NCBI RefSeq assembly: GCF_964355755.1
Contig: NC_092674.1
Location: 15,624,001 to 15,688,000 of the forward strand
Direction of reading: 5' to 3'
Length of the DNA: 64,000 nt
Source: Antedon mediterranea
Taxonomy: Eukaryota; Animalia; Echinodermata
This document shows, piece after piece, positions 39,520 to 52,903 of this stretch; the stretch's first letter is position 1; each line of letters starts with the position of its first letter. The notes below the pieces were generated by a model. That model was given only the letters and a program-made list of their open reading frames with translations. It was not told where the DNA came from and made no database searches. A program made the position numbers and the translations under genes.

Positions 39520-40371
39520 TTACATGTCATATTGTTCTTGTCGAAGAAGTTTGGCGATAGAAAACCTTTGACATTTTAGACTCAATGATGAAGACGTAGT
39601 ATGTACAGCGTTTAATTGTTCTGTTTCAGTTTGTAAGCAATGCTGTTTTTCTTCGCCATTTCTATCGCTGCAATTCAAGTGGTTTATGGATTGGAGATCT
39701 AGCTCCATCGGTGCATTGCGTGATATCGTATACAGGTATGCCACCCACTCGTTGTAAGTGTTGGATGTTACGTGGTACTTCGTTCCATTCACTATAATGA
39801 TATATGGCAGATAGTATTGCCAACCGTCTGTCAATCGATACCTATAACAAGAAAACAACATTATTTATTAATAACGATGATCATGTAAATAAATAATAAG
39901 GATAATCAATGGTATTTCTGTTAAAATTACAAATGTAAGGAGCATTACTAGTAAAATGACAAAAGTACTGTAACCGAATAAGTAATGTAAGTAAGTTGCA
40001 GGCAGTGAGTTTTATTTAAGAAAAGGTTATTACAAATAATGTGGTAGAAAGAAGTTTCGTATCGATCAGTAAATTACCTGTAAAAACCAACATTGTTATT
40101 GCAATGAATAAGTTGGTTTAATAATGTAAATCACATACCTGTGTCTGTCAACCTTTTCGATATACGGAGATTCACTGAAGATCTGTCGAACACATTCTCT
40201 GACATTCTTCATATTATACTTCTCCGGACAAATTTTATCAATAATGTGCAGCACGTTTAGAGAACCGCTGGTAGTATCTGGACAACGGAGAAGAGCCGCC
40301 ACAACAAGTTCTTGAAATGAGAGAGGCATCATCAATGTATCGGTGAGATCGGAGAACATCATGCAAGACAT
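39520..40371 (-). CDS. Putative two-exon divergent forkhead/winged-helix-like protein with eh1-like motif, 184 aa (exons 40371-40139 and 39841-39520)
   Basis: Donor CAG|GTATGT and acceptor ttttcttgttatag|G join two ORFs in frame across a 297-nt phase-2 intron. Upstream TATAAAA at 40472-40478, AATAAA right after the stop, C-terminal FSIAKLL. The fold assignment is by eye. Confidence 0.72.
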
Positions 40372-40855
40372 ATTTAGGTTATTCGTCGTTCGGATAATAG
40401 TCGAATGGTAGCTTTTCAGATAATTCAGTTGACTTTAATAGTTGAATGCCGTAGAAATCAAAGGCACACCATTTTATAAATGTCTTTGTCGGTTAGATAT
40501 TAATGAAAGGACAAGAAAAACACAATAGAAACAATGGCTGCGTTGAGTAACGCGGGCGCAATCGCAACAATAAACAATTTTAAAACAATAGAAACGGTAA
40601 AGCAAAGAAAGCAGATGACACTTTAATGATTTGTCGGTATGAAATTACAACTTCCAATACTATTAAAAACAACTAGCATTTAAATTTAGTTGATATGAAA
40701 ATATGTTTGAGAATAGACTACAGTTAATGTAAGTTACAGAAGAGTATATTACTATTTACATTATGACACTGTAACTGAATATAAATACCAGAATGACACT
40801 TGTACAACGATACCAAGCCAATATGTCAGCTAAGAAGGTGGTATGGCGTTTAAGC

Positions 40856-41021
40856 ATACTTACCTGGCACAGGAGCGACTTTGATCAGGAAGGAATGTCC
40901 TCCCAAGATGAGGCCTCAGCATTGCACACACGGCTGCGGTTGACCCTTGCGATTCCCCCAAACGTGGGGAACTCGGGTGTATAATTTATGGTAGCGGGGG
41001 ACTGCGTTCGCGCTAACCCCC
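40856..41021 (+). ncRNA. RNU1: U1 snRNA
   Basis: ATACTTACCTGG 5' end, loop I GATCAGGAAG, loop II ATTGCAC, Sm site AATTTATGG, SL4 GGGGACTGCGTTCGCGCT. Confidence 0.95.
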
Positions 41022-41380
41022 CACCCCAATTCGACATTAATATTAGATAAGCCTATGCAGTTCACGATAATCGTTAGTTTAATTAAGAACACTTGATATA
41101 TAACTATTTATGGTTACATTATCTGGTTTGAAACTTTGTCGGTTTGTAACTATTTATTTTCCCTTAACAACTATTGGTATAGCATATTGACAGGCGTTGA
41201 ACGCTTCATAATTATTTCGAAGCGTACGAAGAATAATATCAAACTCTAGATTAAACAAAATCAAGTAGTCTATTATAGAACTTAGGTATTTAAATAATTT
41301 TATTACTTTCTGTTAAACGATAATTATATTTCACTTACAATATGTATTAAATGCTATTTATTTATAGATATTTTATTTAT

Positions 41381-42232
41381 TTACATGTCATATTGTTCTT
41401 GTCGAAGAAGTTTGGCGATAGAAAACCTTTGACATTTTAGACTCAATGATGAAGACGTAGTATGTACAGCGTTTAATTGTTCTGTTTCAGTTTGTAAGCA
41501 ATGCTGTTTTTCTTCGCCATTTCTATCGCTGCAATTCAAGTGGTTTATGGATTGGAGATCTAGCTCCATCGGTGCATTGCGTGATATCGTATACAGGTAT
41601 GCCACCCACTCGTTGTAAGTGTTGGATGTTACGTGGTACTTCGTTCCATTCACTATAATGATATATGGCAGATAGTATTGCCAACCGTCTGTCAATCGAT
41701 ACCTATAACAAGAAAACAACATTATTTATTAATAACGATGATCATGTAAATAAATAATAAGGATAATCAATGGTATTTCTGTTAAAATTACAAATGTAAG
41801 GAGCATTACTAGTAAAATGACAAAAGTACTGTAACCGAATAAGTAATGTAAGTAAGTTGCAGGCAGTGAGTTTTATTTAAGAAAAGGTTATTACAAATAA
41901 TGTGGTAGAAAGAAGTTTCGTATCGATCAGTAAATTACCTGTAAAGGCCAACATTGTTATTGCAATGAATAAGTTGGTTTAATGATGTAAATCACATACC
42001 TGTGTCTGTCAACCTTTTCGATATACGGAGATTCACTGAAGATCTGTCGAACACATTCTCTGACATTCCTCATATTATACTTCTCCGGACAAATTTTATC
42101 AATAATGTGCAGCACGTTTAGAGAACCGCTGGTAGTATCTGGACAACGGAGAAGAGCCGCCACAACAAGTTCTTGAAATGAGAGAGGCATCATCAATGTA
42201 TCGGTGAGATCGGAGAACATCATGCAAGACAT
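41381..42232 (-). CDS. Fox-like array gene, long form (an in-frame upstream ATG at 42250 is unique to this copy)
   Basis: Same exon structure as 39520-40371. Confidence 0.7.
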
Positions 42233-42716
42233 ATTTAGGTTATTCGTCATTCGGATAATAGTCGAATGGTAGCTTTTCAGATAATTCAGTTGACTTTAAT
42301 AGTTGAATGCCGTAGAAATCAAAGGCACACCATTTTATAAATGTCTTTGTCGGTTAGATATTAATGAAAGAACAAGAAAAACACAATAGAAACAATGGCT
42401 GCGTTGAGTAACGCGGGCGCAATCGCAACAATAAACAATTTTAAAACAATAGAAACGGTAAAGCAAAGAAAGCAGATGACACTTTAATGATTTGTCGGTA
42501 TGAAATTACAACTTCCAATACTATTAAAAACAACTAGCATTTAAATTTAGTTGATATGAAAATATGTTTGAGAATAGACTACAGTTAATGTAAGTTACAG
42601 AAGAGTATATTACTATTTACATTATGACACTGTAACTGAATATAAATACCAGAATGACACTTGTACAACGATACCAAGCCAATATGTCAGCTAAGAAGGT
42701 GGTATGGCGTTTAAGC

Positions 42717-42882
42717 ATACTTACCTGGCACAGGAGCGACTTTGATCAGGAAGGAATGTCCTCCCAAGATGAGGCCTCAGCATTGCACACACGGCTGCGG
42801 TTGACCCTTGCGATTCCCCCAAACGTGGGGAACTCGGGTGTATAATTTATGGTAGCGGGGGACTGCGTTCGCGCTAACCCCC
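42717..42882 (+). ncRNA. RNU1: U1 snRNA
   Basis: Same motifs as the copy at 40856. Confidence 0.95.
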
Positions 42883-43149
42883 ACCCCAATTCGACATTAA
42901 TATTAGATAAGCCTATGCAGTTCACGATAATCGTTAGTTTAATTAAGAACACTTGATATATAACTATTTATGGTTACATTATCTGTTTTGAAACTTTGTT
43001 GGTTTGTAACTATTTATTTTCCCTTAACAACTATTGGTATAGCATATTGACAGGCGTTGAACGCTTCATAATTATTTCGAAGCGTACGAAGAATAATATC
43101 AAACTCTAGATTAAACAAAATCAAGTAGTCTATTATAGAACTTACGTAT

Positions 43150-43929
43150 TTAAATAGTATGTACAGCGTTTAATTGTTCTGTTTCAGTTTGTAAGCAATG
43201 CTGTTTTTCTTCGCCATTTCTATCGCTGCAATTCAAGTGGTTTATGGATTGGAGATCTAGCTCCATCGGTGCATTGCGTGATATCGTATACAGGTATGCC
43301 ACCCACTCGTTGTAAGTGTTGGATGTTACGTGGTACTTCGTTCCATTCACTATAATGATATATGGCAGATAGTATTGCCAACCGTCTGTCAATCGATACC
43401 TATAACAAGAAAACAACATTATTTATTAATAACGATGATCATGTAAATAAATAATAAGGATAATCAATGGTATTTCTGTTAAAATTACAAATGTAAGGAG
43501 CATTACTAGTAAAATGACAAAAGTACTGTAACCGAATAAGAAATGTAAGTAAGTTGCAGGCAGTGAGTTTTATTTAAGAAAAGGTTATTACAAATAATGT
43601 GGTAGAAAGAAGTTTCGTATCGATCAGTAAATTACCTCTAAAGGCCAACATTGTTATTGCAATGAATAAGTTGGTTTAATAATGTAAATCACATACCTGT
43701 GTCTGTCAACCTTTTCGATATACGGAGATTCACTGAAGATCTGTCGAACACATTCTCTGACATTCCTCATATTATACTTCTCCGGACAAATTTTATCAAT
43801 AATGTGCAGCACGTTTAGAGAACCGCTGGTAGTATCTGGACAACGGAGAAGAGCCGCCACAACAAGTTCTTGAAATGAGAGAGGCATCATCAATGTATCG
43901 GTGAGATCGGAGAACATCATGCAAGACAT
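43150..43929 (-). CDS. Fox-like array gene, short form (160 aa, no eh1-like motif)
   Basis: A 163-bp deletion truncates the C-terminus to ...LNAVHTI*. Confidence 0.68.
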
Positions 43930-44413
43930 ATTTAGGTTATTCGTCGTTCGGATAATAGTCGAATGGTAGCTTTTCAGATAATTCAGTTGACTTTAATAGT
44001 TGAATGCCGTAGAAATCAAAGGCACACCATTTTATAAATGTCTTTGTCGGTTAGATATTAATGAAAGAACAAGAAAAACACAATAGAAACAATGGCTGCG
44101 TTGAGTAACGCGGGCGCAATCGCAACAATAAACAATTTTAAAACAATAGAAACGGTAAAGCAAAGAAAGCAGATGACACTTTAATGATTTGTCGGTATAA
44201 AATTACAACTTCCAATACTATTAAAAACAACTAGCATTTAAATTTAGTTGATATGAAAATATGTTTGAGAATAGACTACAGTTAATGTAAGTTACAGAAG
44301 AGTATATTACTATTTACATTATGACACTGTAACTGAATATAAATACCAGAATGACACTTGTACAACGATACCAAGCCAATATGTCAGCTAAGAAGGTGGT
44401 ATGGCGTTTAAGC

Positions 44414-44579
44414 ATACTTACCTGGCACAGGAGCGACTTTGATCAGGAAGGAATGTCCTCCCAAGATGAGGCCTCAGCATTGCACACACGGCTGCGGTTG
44501 ACCCTTGCGATTCCCCCAAACGTGGGGAACTCGGGTGTATAATTTATGGTAGCGGGGGACTGCGTTCGCGCTAACCCCC
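44414..44579 (+). ncRNA. RNU1: U1 snRNA
   Basis: Same motifs. Confidence 0.95.
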
Positions 44580-44937
44580 ACCCCAATTCGACATTAATAT
44601 TAGATAAGCCTATGCAGTTCACGATAATCGTTAGTTTAATTAAGAACACTTGATATATAACTATTTATGGTTACATTATCTGTTTTGAAACTTTGTTGGT
44701 TTGTAACTATTTATTTTCCCTTAACAACTATTGGTATAGCATATTGACAGGCGTTGAACGCTTCATAATTATTTCGAAGCGTACGAAGAATAATATCAAA
44801 CTCTAGATTAAACAAAATCAAGTAGTCTATTATAGAACTTAGGTATTTAAATAATTTTATTACTTTCTGTTAAACGATAATTATATTTCACTTACAATAT
44901 GTATTAAATGCTATTTATTTATAGATATTTTATTTAT

Positions 44938-45789
44938 TTACATGTCATATTGTTCTTTTCGAAGAAGTTTGGCGATAGAAAACCTTTGACATTTTAGACT
45001 CAATGATGAAGACGTAGTATGTACAGCGTTTAATTGTTCTGTTTCAGTTTGTAAGCAATGCTGTTTTTCTTCGCCATTTCTATCGCTGCAATTCAAGTGG
45101 TTTATGGATTGGAGATCTAGCTCCATCGGTGCATTGCGTGATATCGTATACAGGTATGCCACCCACTCGTTGTAAGTATTGGATGTTACGTGGTACTTCG
45201 TTCCATTCACTATAATGATATATGGCAGATAGTATTGCCAACCGTCTGTCAATCGATACCTATAACAAGAAAACAACATTATTTATTAATAACGATGATC
45301 ATGTAAATAAATAATAAGGATAATCAATGGTATTTCTGTTAAAATTACAAATGTAAGGAGCATTACTAGTAAAATGACAAAAGTATTGTAACCGAATAAG
45401 TAATGTAAGTAAGTTGCAGGCAGTGAGTTTTATTTAAGAAAAGGTTATTACAAATAATGTGGTAGAAAGAAGTTTCGTATCGATCATTAAATTACCTGTA
45501 AAGGCCAACATTGTTATTGCAATGAATAAGTTGGTTTAATAATGTAAATCACATACCTGTGTCTGTCAACCTTTTCGATATACGGAGATTCATTGAAGAT
45601 CTGTCGAACACATTCTCTGACATTCCTCATATTATACTTCTCCGGACAAATTTTATCAATAATGTGCAGCACGTTTAGAGAACCGCTGGTAGTATCTGGA
45701 CAACGGAGAAGAGCCGCCACAACAAGTTCTTGAAATGAGAGAGGCATCATCAATGTATCGGTGAGATCGGAGAACATCATGCAAGACAT
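44938..45789 (-). CDS. Fox-like array gene, long form (S66N)
   Basis: Same exon structure. Confidence 0.7.
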
Positions 45790-46273
45790 ATTTAGGTTAT
45801 TCGTCGTTCGGACAATAGTCGAATGGTAGCTTTTCAGATAATTCAGTTGACTTTAATAGTTGAATGCCGTAGAAATCAAAGGCACACCATTTTATAAATG
45901 TCTTTGTCGGTTAGATATTAATGAAAGAACAAGAAAAACACAATAGAAACAATGGCTGCGTTTAGTAACGCGGGCGCAATCGCAACAATAAACAATTTTA
46001 AAACAATAGAAACGGTAAAGCAAAGAAAGCAGATGACACTTTAATGATTTGTCGGTATGAAATTACAACTTCCAATACTATTAAAAACAACTAGCATTTA
46101 AATTTAGTTGATATGAAAATATGTTTGAGAATAGACTACAGTTAATGTAAGTTACAGAAGAGTATATTACTATTTACATTATGACACTGTAACTGAATAT
46201 AAATACCAGAATGACACTTGTACAACGATACCAAGCCAATATGTCAGCTAAGAAGGTGGTATGGCGTTTAAGC

Positions 46274-46439
46274 ATACTTACCTGGCACAGGAGCGACTTT
46301 GATCAGGAAGGAATGTCCTCCCAAGATGAGGCCTCAGCATTGCACACACGGCTGCGGTTGACCCTTGCGATTCCCCCAAACGTGGGGAACTCGGGTGTAT
46401 AATTTATGGTAGCGGGGGACTGCGTTCGCGCTAACCCCC
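46274..46439 (+). ncRNA. RNU1: U1 snRNA
   Basis: Same motifs. Confidence 0.95.
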
Positions 46440-46797
46440 ACCCCAATTCGACTTTAATATTAGATAAGCCTATGCAGTTCACGATAATCGTTAGTTTAAT
46501 TAAAAACACTTGATATATAACTATTTATGGTTACATTATCTGTTTTGAAACTTTGTTGGTTTGTAACTATTTATTTTCCCTTAACAACTATTGGTATAGC
46601 ATATTGACAGGCGTTGAACGCTTCATAATTATTTCGAAGCGTACGAAGAATAATATCAAACTCTAGATTAAACAAAATCAAGTAGTCTATTATAGAACTT
46701 AGGTATTTAAATAATTTTATTACTTTCTGTTAAACGATAATTATATTTCACTTACAATATGTATTAAATGCTATTTATTTATAGATATTTTATTTAT

Positions 46798-47649
46798 TTA
46801 CATGTCATATTGTTCTTTTCGAAGAAGTTTGGCGATAGAAAACCTTTGACATTTTAGACTCAATGATGAAGACGTAGTATGTACAGCGTTTAATTGTTCT
46901 GTTTCAGTTTGTAAGCAATGCTGTTTTTCTTCGCCATTTCTATCGCTGCAATTCAAGTGGTTTATGGATTGGAGATCTAGCTCCATCGGTGCATTGCGTG
47001 ATATCGTATACAGGTATGCCACCCACTCGTTGTAAGTGTTGGATGTTACGTGGTACTTCGTTCCATTCACTATAATGATATATGGCAGATAGTATTGCCA
47101 ACCGTCTGTCAATCGATACCTATAACAAGAAAACAACATTATTTATTAATAACGATGATCATGTAAATAAATAATAAGGATAATCAATGGTATTTTTGTT
47201 AAAATTACGAATGTAAGGAGCATTACTAGTAAAATGACAAAAGTACTGTAACCGAATAAGTAATGTAAGTAAGTTGCAGGCAGTGAGTTTTATTTAAGAA
47301 AAGGTTATTACAAATAATGTGGTAGAAAGAAGTTTCGTATCGATCAGTAAATTACCTCTAAAGGCCAACATTGTTATTGCAATGAATAAGTTGGTTTAAT
47401 AATGTAAATCACATACCTGTGTCTGTCAACCTTTTCGATATACGGAGATTCACTGAAGATCTGTCGAACACATTCTCTGACATTCCTCATATTATACTTC
47501 TCCGGACAAATTTTATCAATAATGTGCAGCACGTTTAGAGAACCGCTGGTAGTATCTGGACAACGGAGAAGAGCCGCCACAACAAGTTCTTGAAATGAGA
47601 GAGGCATCATCAATGTATCGGTGAGATCGGAGAACATCATGCAAGACAT
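46798..47649 (-). CDS. Fox-like array gene, long form
   Basis: Same exon structure. Confidence 0.7.
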
Positions 47650-48133
47650 ATTTAGGTTATTCGTCGTTCGGATAATAGTCGAATGGTAGCTTTTCAGATA
47701 ATTCAGTTGACTTTAATAGTTGAATGCCGTAGAAATCAAAGGCACACCATTTTATAAATGTCTTTGTCGGTTAGATATTAATGAAAGAACAAGAAAAACA
47801 CAATAGAAACAATGGCTGCGTTGAGTAACGCGGGCGCAATCGCAACAATAAACAATTTTAAAACAATAGAAACGGTAAAGCAAAGAAAGCAGATGACACT
47901 TTAATGATTTGTCGGTATGAAATTACAACTTCCAATACTATTAAAAACAACTAGCATTTAAATTTAGTTGATATGAAAATATGTTTGAGAATAGACTACA
48001 GTTAATGTAAGTTACAGAAGAGTATATTACTATTTACATTATGACACTGTAACTGAATATAAATACCAGAATGACACTTGTACAACGATACCAAGCCAAT
48101 ATGTCAGCTAAGAAGGTGGTATGGCGTTTAAGC

Positions 48134-48299
48134 ATACTTACCTGGCACAGGAGCGACTTTGATCAGGAAGGAATGTCCTCCCAAGATGAGGCCTCAGCAT
48201 TGCACACACGGCTGCGGTTGACCCTTGCGATTCCCCCAAACGTGGGGAACTCGGGTGTATAATTTATGGTAGCGGGGGACTGCGTTCGCGCTAACCCCC
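48134..48299 (+). ncRNA. RNU1: U1 snRNA
   Basis: Same motifs. Confidence 0.95.
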
Positions 48300-48566
48300 A
48301 CCCCAATTCGACATTAATATTAGATAAGCCTATGCAGTTCACGATAATCGTTAGTTTAATTAAGAACACTTGATATATAACTATTTATGGTTACATTATC
48401 TGTTTTGAAACTTTGTTGGTTTGTAACTATTTATTTTCCCTTAACAACTATTGGTATAGCATATTGACAGGCGTTGAACGCTTCATAATTATTTCGAAGC
48501 GTACGAAGAATAATATCAAACTCTAGATTAAACAAAATCAAGTAGTCTATTATAGAACTTACGTAT

Positions 48567-49346
48567 TTAAATAGTATGTACAGCGTTTAATTGTTCTGTT
48601 TCAGTTTGTAAGCAATGCTGTTTTTCTTCGCCATTTCTATCGCTGCAATTCAAGTGGTTTATGGATTGGAGATCTAGCTCCATCGGTGCATTGCGTGATA
48701 TCGTATACAGGTATGCCACCCACTCGTTGTAAGTGTTGGATGTTACGTGGTACTTCGTTCCATTCACTATAATGATATATGGCAGATAGTATTGCCAACC
48801 GTCTGTCAATCGATACCTATAACAAGAAAACAACATTATTTATTAATAACGATGATCATGTAAATAAATAATAAGGATAATCAATGGTATTTCTGTTAAA
48901 ATTACAAATGTAAGGAGCATTACTAGTAAAATGACAAAAGTACTGTAACCGAATAAGAAATGTAAGTAAGTTGCAGGCAGTGAGTTTTATTTAAGAAAAG
49001 GTTATTACAAATAATGTGGTAGAAAGAAGTTTCGTATCGATCAGTAAATTACCTCTAAAGGCCAACATTGTTATTGCAATGAATAAGTTGGTTTAATAAT
49101 GTAAATCACATACCTGTGTCTGTCAACCTTTTCGATATACGGAGATTCACTGAAGATCTGTCGAACACATTCTCTGACATTCCTCATATTATACTTCTCC
49201 GGACAAATTTTATCAATAATGTGCAGCACGTTTAGAGAACCGCTGGTAGTATCTGGACAACGGAGAAGAGCCGCCACAACAAGTTCTTGAAATGAGAGAG
49301 GCATCATCAATGTATCGGTGAGATCGGAGAACATCATGCAAGACAT
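48567..49346 (-). CDS. Fox-like array gene, short form
   Basis: Same 163-bp deletion. Confidence 0.68.
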
Positions 49347-49830
49347 ATTTAGGTTATTCGTCGTTCGGATAATAGTCGAATGGTAGCTTTTCAGATAATT
49401 CAGTTGACTTTAATAGTTGAATGCCGTAGAAATCAAAGGCACACCATTTTATAAATGTCTTTGTCGGTTAGATATTAATGAAAGAACAAGAAAAACACAA
49501 TAGAAACAATGACTGCGTTGAGTAACGCGGGCGCAATCGCAACAATAAACAATTTTAAAACAATAGAAACGGTAAAGCAAAGAAAGCAGATGACACTTTA
49601 ATGATTTGTCGGTATAAAATTACAACTTCCAATACTATTAAAAACAACTAGCATTTAAATTTAGTTGATATGAAAATATGTTTGAGAATAGACTACAGTT
49701 AATGTAAGTTACAGAAGAGTATATTACTATTTACATTATGACACTGTAACTGAATATAAATACCAGAATGACACTTGTACAACGATACCAAGCCAATATG
49801 TCAGCTAAGAAGGTGGTATGGCGTTTAAGC

Positions 49831-49996
49831 ATACTTACCTGGCACAGGAGCGACTTTGATCAGGAAGGAATGTCCTCCCAAGATGAGGCCTCAGCATTGC
49901 ACACACGGCTGCGGTTGACCCTTGCGATTCCCCCAAACGTGGGGAACTCGGGTGTATAATTTATGGTAGCGGGGGACTGCGTTCGCGCTAACCCCC
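49831..49996 (+). ncRNA. RNU1: U1 snRNA
   Basis: Same motifs. Confidence 0.95.
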
Positions 49997-50354
49997 ACCC
50001 CAATTCGACATTAATATTAGATAAGCCTATGCAGTTCACGATAATCGTTAGTTTAATTAAGAACACTTGATATATAACTATTTATGGTTACATTATCTGT
50101 TTTGAAACTTTGTTGGTTTGTAACTATTTATTTTCCCTTAACAACTATTGGTATAGCATATTGACAGGCGTTGAACGCTTCATAATTATTTCGAAGCGTA
50201 CGAAGAATAATATCAAACTCTAGATTAAACAAAATCAAGTAGTCTATTATAGAACTTAGGTATTTAAATAATTTTATTACTTTCTGTTAAACGATAATTA
50301 TATTTCACTTACAATATGTATTAAATGCTATTTATTTATAGATATTTTATTTAT

Positions 50355-51206
50355 TTACATGTCATATTGTTCTTTTCGAAGAAGTTTGGCGATAGAAAAC
50401 CTTTGACATTTTAGACTCAATGATGAAGACGTAGTATGTACAGCGTTTAATTGTTCTGTTTCAGTTTGTAAGCAATGCTGTTTTTCTTCGCCATTTCTAT
50501 CGCTGCAATTCAAGTGGTTTATGGATTGGAGATCTAGCTCCATCGGTGCATTGCGTGATATCGTATACAGGTATGCCACCCACTCGTTGTAAGTATTGGA
50601 TGTTACGTGGTACTTCGTTCCATTCACTATAATGATATATGGCAGATAGTATTGCCAACCGTCTGTCAATCGATACCTATAACAAGAAAACAACATTATT
50701 TATTAATAACGATGATCATGTAAATAAATAATAAGGATAATCAATGGTATTTCTGTTAAAATTACAAATGTAAGGAGCATTACTAGTAAAATGACAAAAG
50801 TATTGTAACCGAATAAGTAATGTAAGTAAGTTGCAGGCAGTGAGTTTTATTTAAGAAAAGGTTATTACAAATAATGTGGTAGAAAGAAGTTTCGTATCGA
50901 TCATTAAATTACCTGTAAAGGCCAACATTGTTATTGCAATGAATAAGTTGGTTTAATAATGTAAATCACATACCTGTGTCTGTCAACCTTTTCGATATAC
51001 GGAGATTCATTGAAGATCTGTCGAACACATTCTCTGACATTCCTCATATTATACTTCTCCGGACAAATTTTATCAATAATGTGCAGCACGTTTAGAGAAC
51101 CGCTGGTAGTATCTGGACAACGGAGAAGAGCCGCCACAACAAGTTCTTGAAATGAGAGAGGCATCATCAATGTATCGGTGAGATCGGAGAACATCATGCA
51201 AGACAT
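50355..51206 (-). CDS. Fox-like array gene, long form (S66N, TATA-box SNP)
   Basis: Same exon structure. Upstream ttttaaaaat replaces ttttataaat. Confidence 0.68.
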
Positions 51207-51690
51207 ATTTAGGTTATTCGTCGTTCGGATAATAGTCGAATGGTAGCTTTTCAGATAATTCAGTTGACTTTAATAGTTGAATGCCGTAGAAATCAAAGGC
51301 ACACCATTTTAAAAATGTCTTTGTCGGTTAGATATTAATGAAAGAACAAGAAAAACACAATAGAAACAATGGCTGCGTTGAGTAACGCGGGCGCAATCGC
51401 AACAATAAACAATTTTAAAACAATAGAAACGGTAAAGCAAAGAAAGCAGATGACACTTTAATGATTTGTCGGTATGAAATTACAACTTCCAATACTATTA
51501 AAAACAACTAGCATTTAAATTTAGTTGATATGAAAATATGTTTGAGAATAGACTACAGTTAATGTAAGTTACAGAAGAGTATATTACTATTTACATTATG
51601 ACACTGTAACTGAATATAAATACCAGAATGACACTTGTACAACGATACCAAGCCAATATGTCAGCTAAGAAGGTGGTATGGCGTTTAAGC

Positions 51691-51856
51691 ATACTTACCT
51701 GGCACAGGAGCGACTTTGATCAGGAAGGAATGTCCTCTCAAGATGAGGCCTCAGCATTGCACACACGGCTGCGGTTGACCCTTGCGATTCCCCCAAACGT
51801 GGGGAACTCGGGTGTATAATTTATGGTAGCGGGGGACTGCGTTCGCGCTAACCCCC
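51691..51856 (+). ncRNA. RNU1: U1 snRNA (C>T variant in stem I)
   Basis: Same motifs, with cctctcaag in place of cctcccaag. Confidence 0.93.
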
Positions 51857-52123
51857 ACCCCAATTCGACATTAATATTAGATAAGCCTATGCAGTTCACG
51901 ATAATCGTTAGTTTAATTAAAAACACTTGATATATAACTATTTATGGTTACATTATCTGTTTTGAAACTTTGTTGGTTTGTAACTATTTATTTTCCCTTA
52001 ACAACTATTGGTATAGCATATTGACAGGCGTTGAACGCTTCATAATTATTTCGAAGCGTACGAAGAATAATATCAAACTCTAGATTAAACAAAATCAAGT
52101 AGTCTATTATAGAACTTACGTAT

Positions 52124-52903
52124 TTAAATAGTATGTACAGCGTTTAATTGTTCTGTTTCAGTTTGTAAGCAATGCTGTTTTTCTTCGCCATTTCTATCGC
52201 GGCAATTCAAGTGGTTTATGGATTGGAGATCTAGCTCCATCGGTGCATTGCGTGATATCGTATACAGGTATGCCACCCACTCGTTGTAAGTGTTGGATGT
52301 TACGTGGTACTTCGTTCCATTCACTATAATGATATATGGCAGATAGTATTGCCAACCGTCTGTCAATCGATACCTATAACAAGAAAACAACATTATTTAT
52401 TAATAACGATGATCATGTAAATAAATAATAAGGATAATCAATGGTATTTCTGTTAAAATTACAAATGTAAGGAGCATTACTAGTAAAATGACAAAAGTAC
52501 TGTAACCGAATAAGAAATGTAAGTAAGTTGCAGGCAGTGAGTTTTATTTAAGAAAAGGTTATTACAAATAATGTGGTAGAAAGAAGTTTCGTATCGATCA
52601 GTAAATTACCTCTAAAGGCCAACATTGTTATTGCAATGAATAAGTTGGTTTAATAATGTAAATCACATACCTGTGTCTGTCAACCTTTTCGATATACGGA
52701 GATTCACTGAAGATCTGTCGAACACATTCTCTGACATTCCTCATATTATACTTCTCCGGACAAATTTTATCAATAATGTGCAGCACGTTTAGAGAACCGC
52801 TGGTAGTATCTGGACAACGGAGAAGAGCCGCCACAACAAGTTCTTGAAATGAGAGAGGCATCATCAATGTATCGGTGAGATCGGAGAACATCATGCAAGA
52901 CAT
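52124..52903 (-). CDS. Fox-like array gene, short form
   Basis: Same 163-bp deletion. Confidence 0.68.

Noticed and set aside
40457-40472. Upstream ATG (MVCL*) as start or uORF of the Fox-like gene
   Set aside because: It directly abuts the TATA box, so it is probably upstream of the TSS, and it stops after four codons.
40793-40984. Repeated ORF MTLVQRYQ... and its antisense partner MFLIKLT...
   Set aside because: Both overlap the U1 snRNA gene and have no coding features. The antisense one is broken by U1 SNPs.
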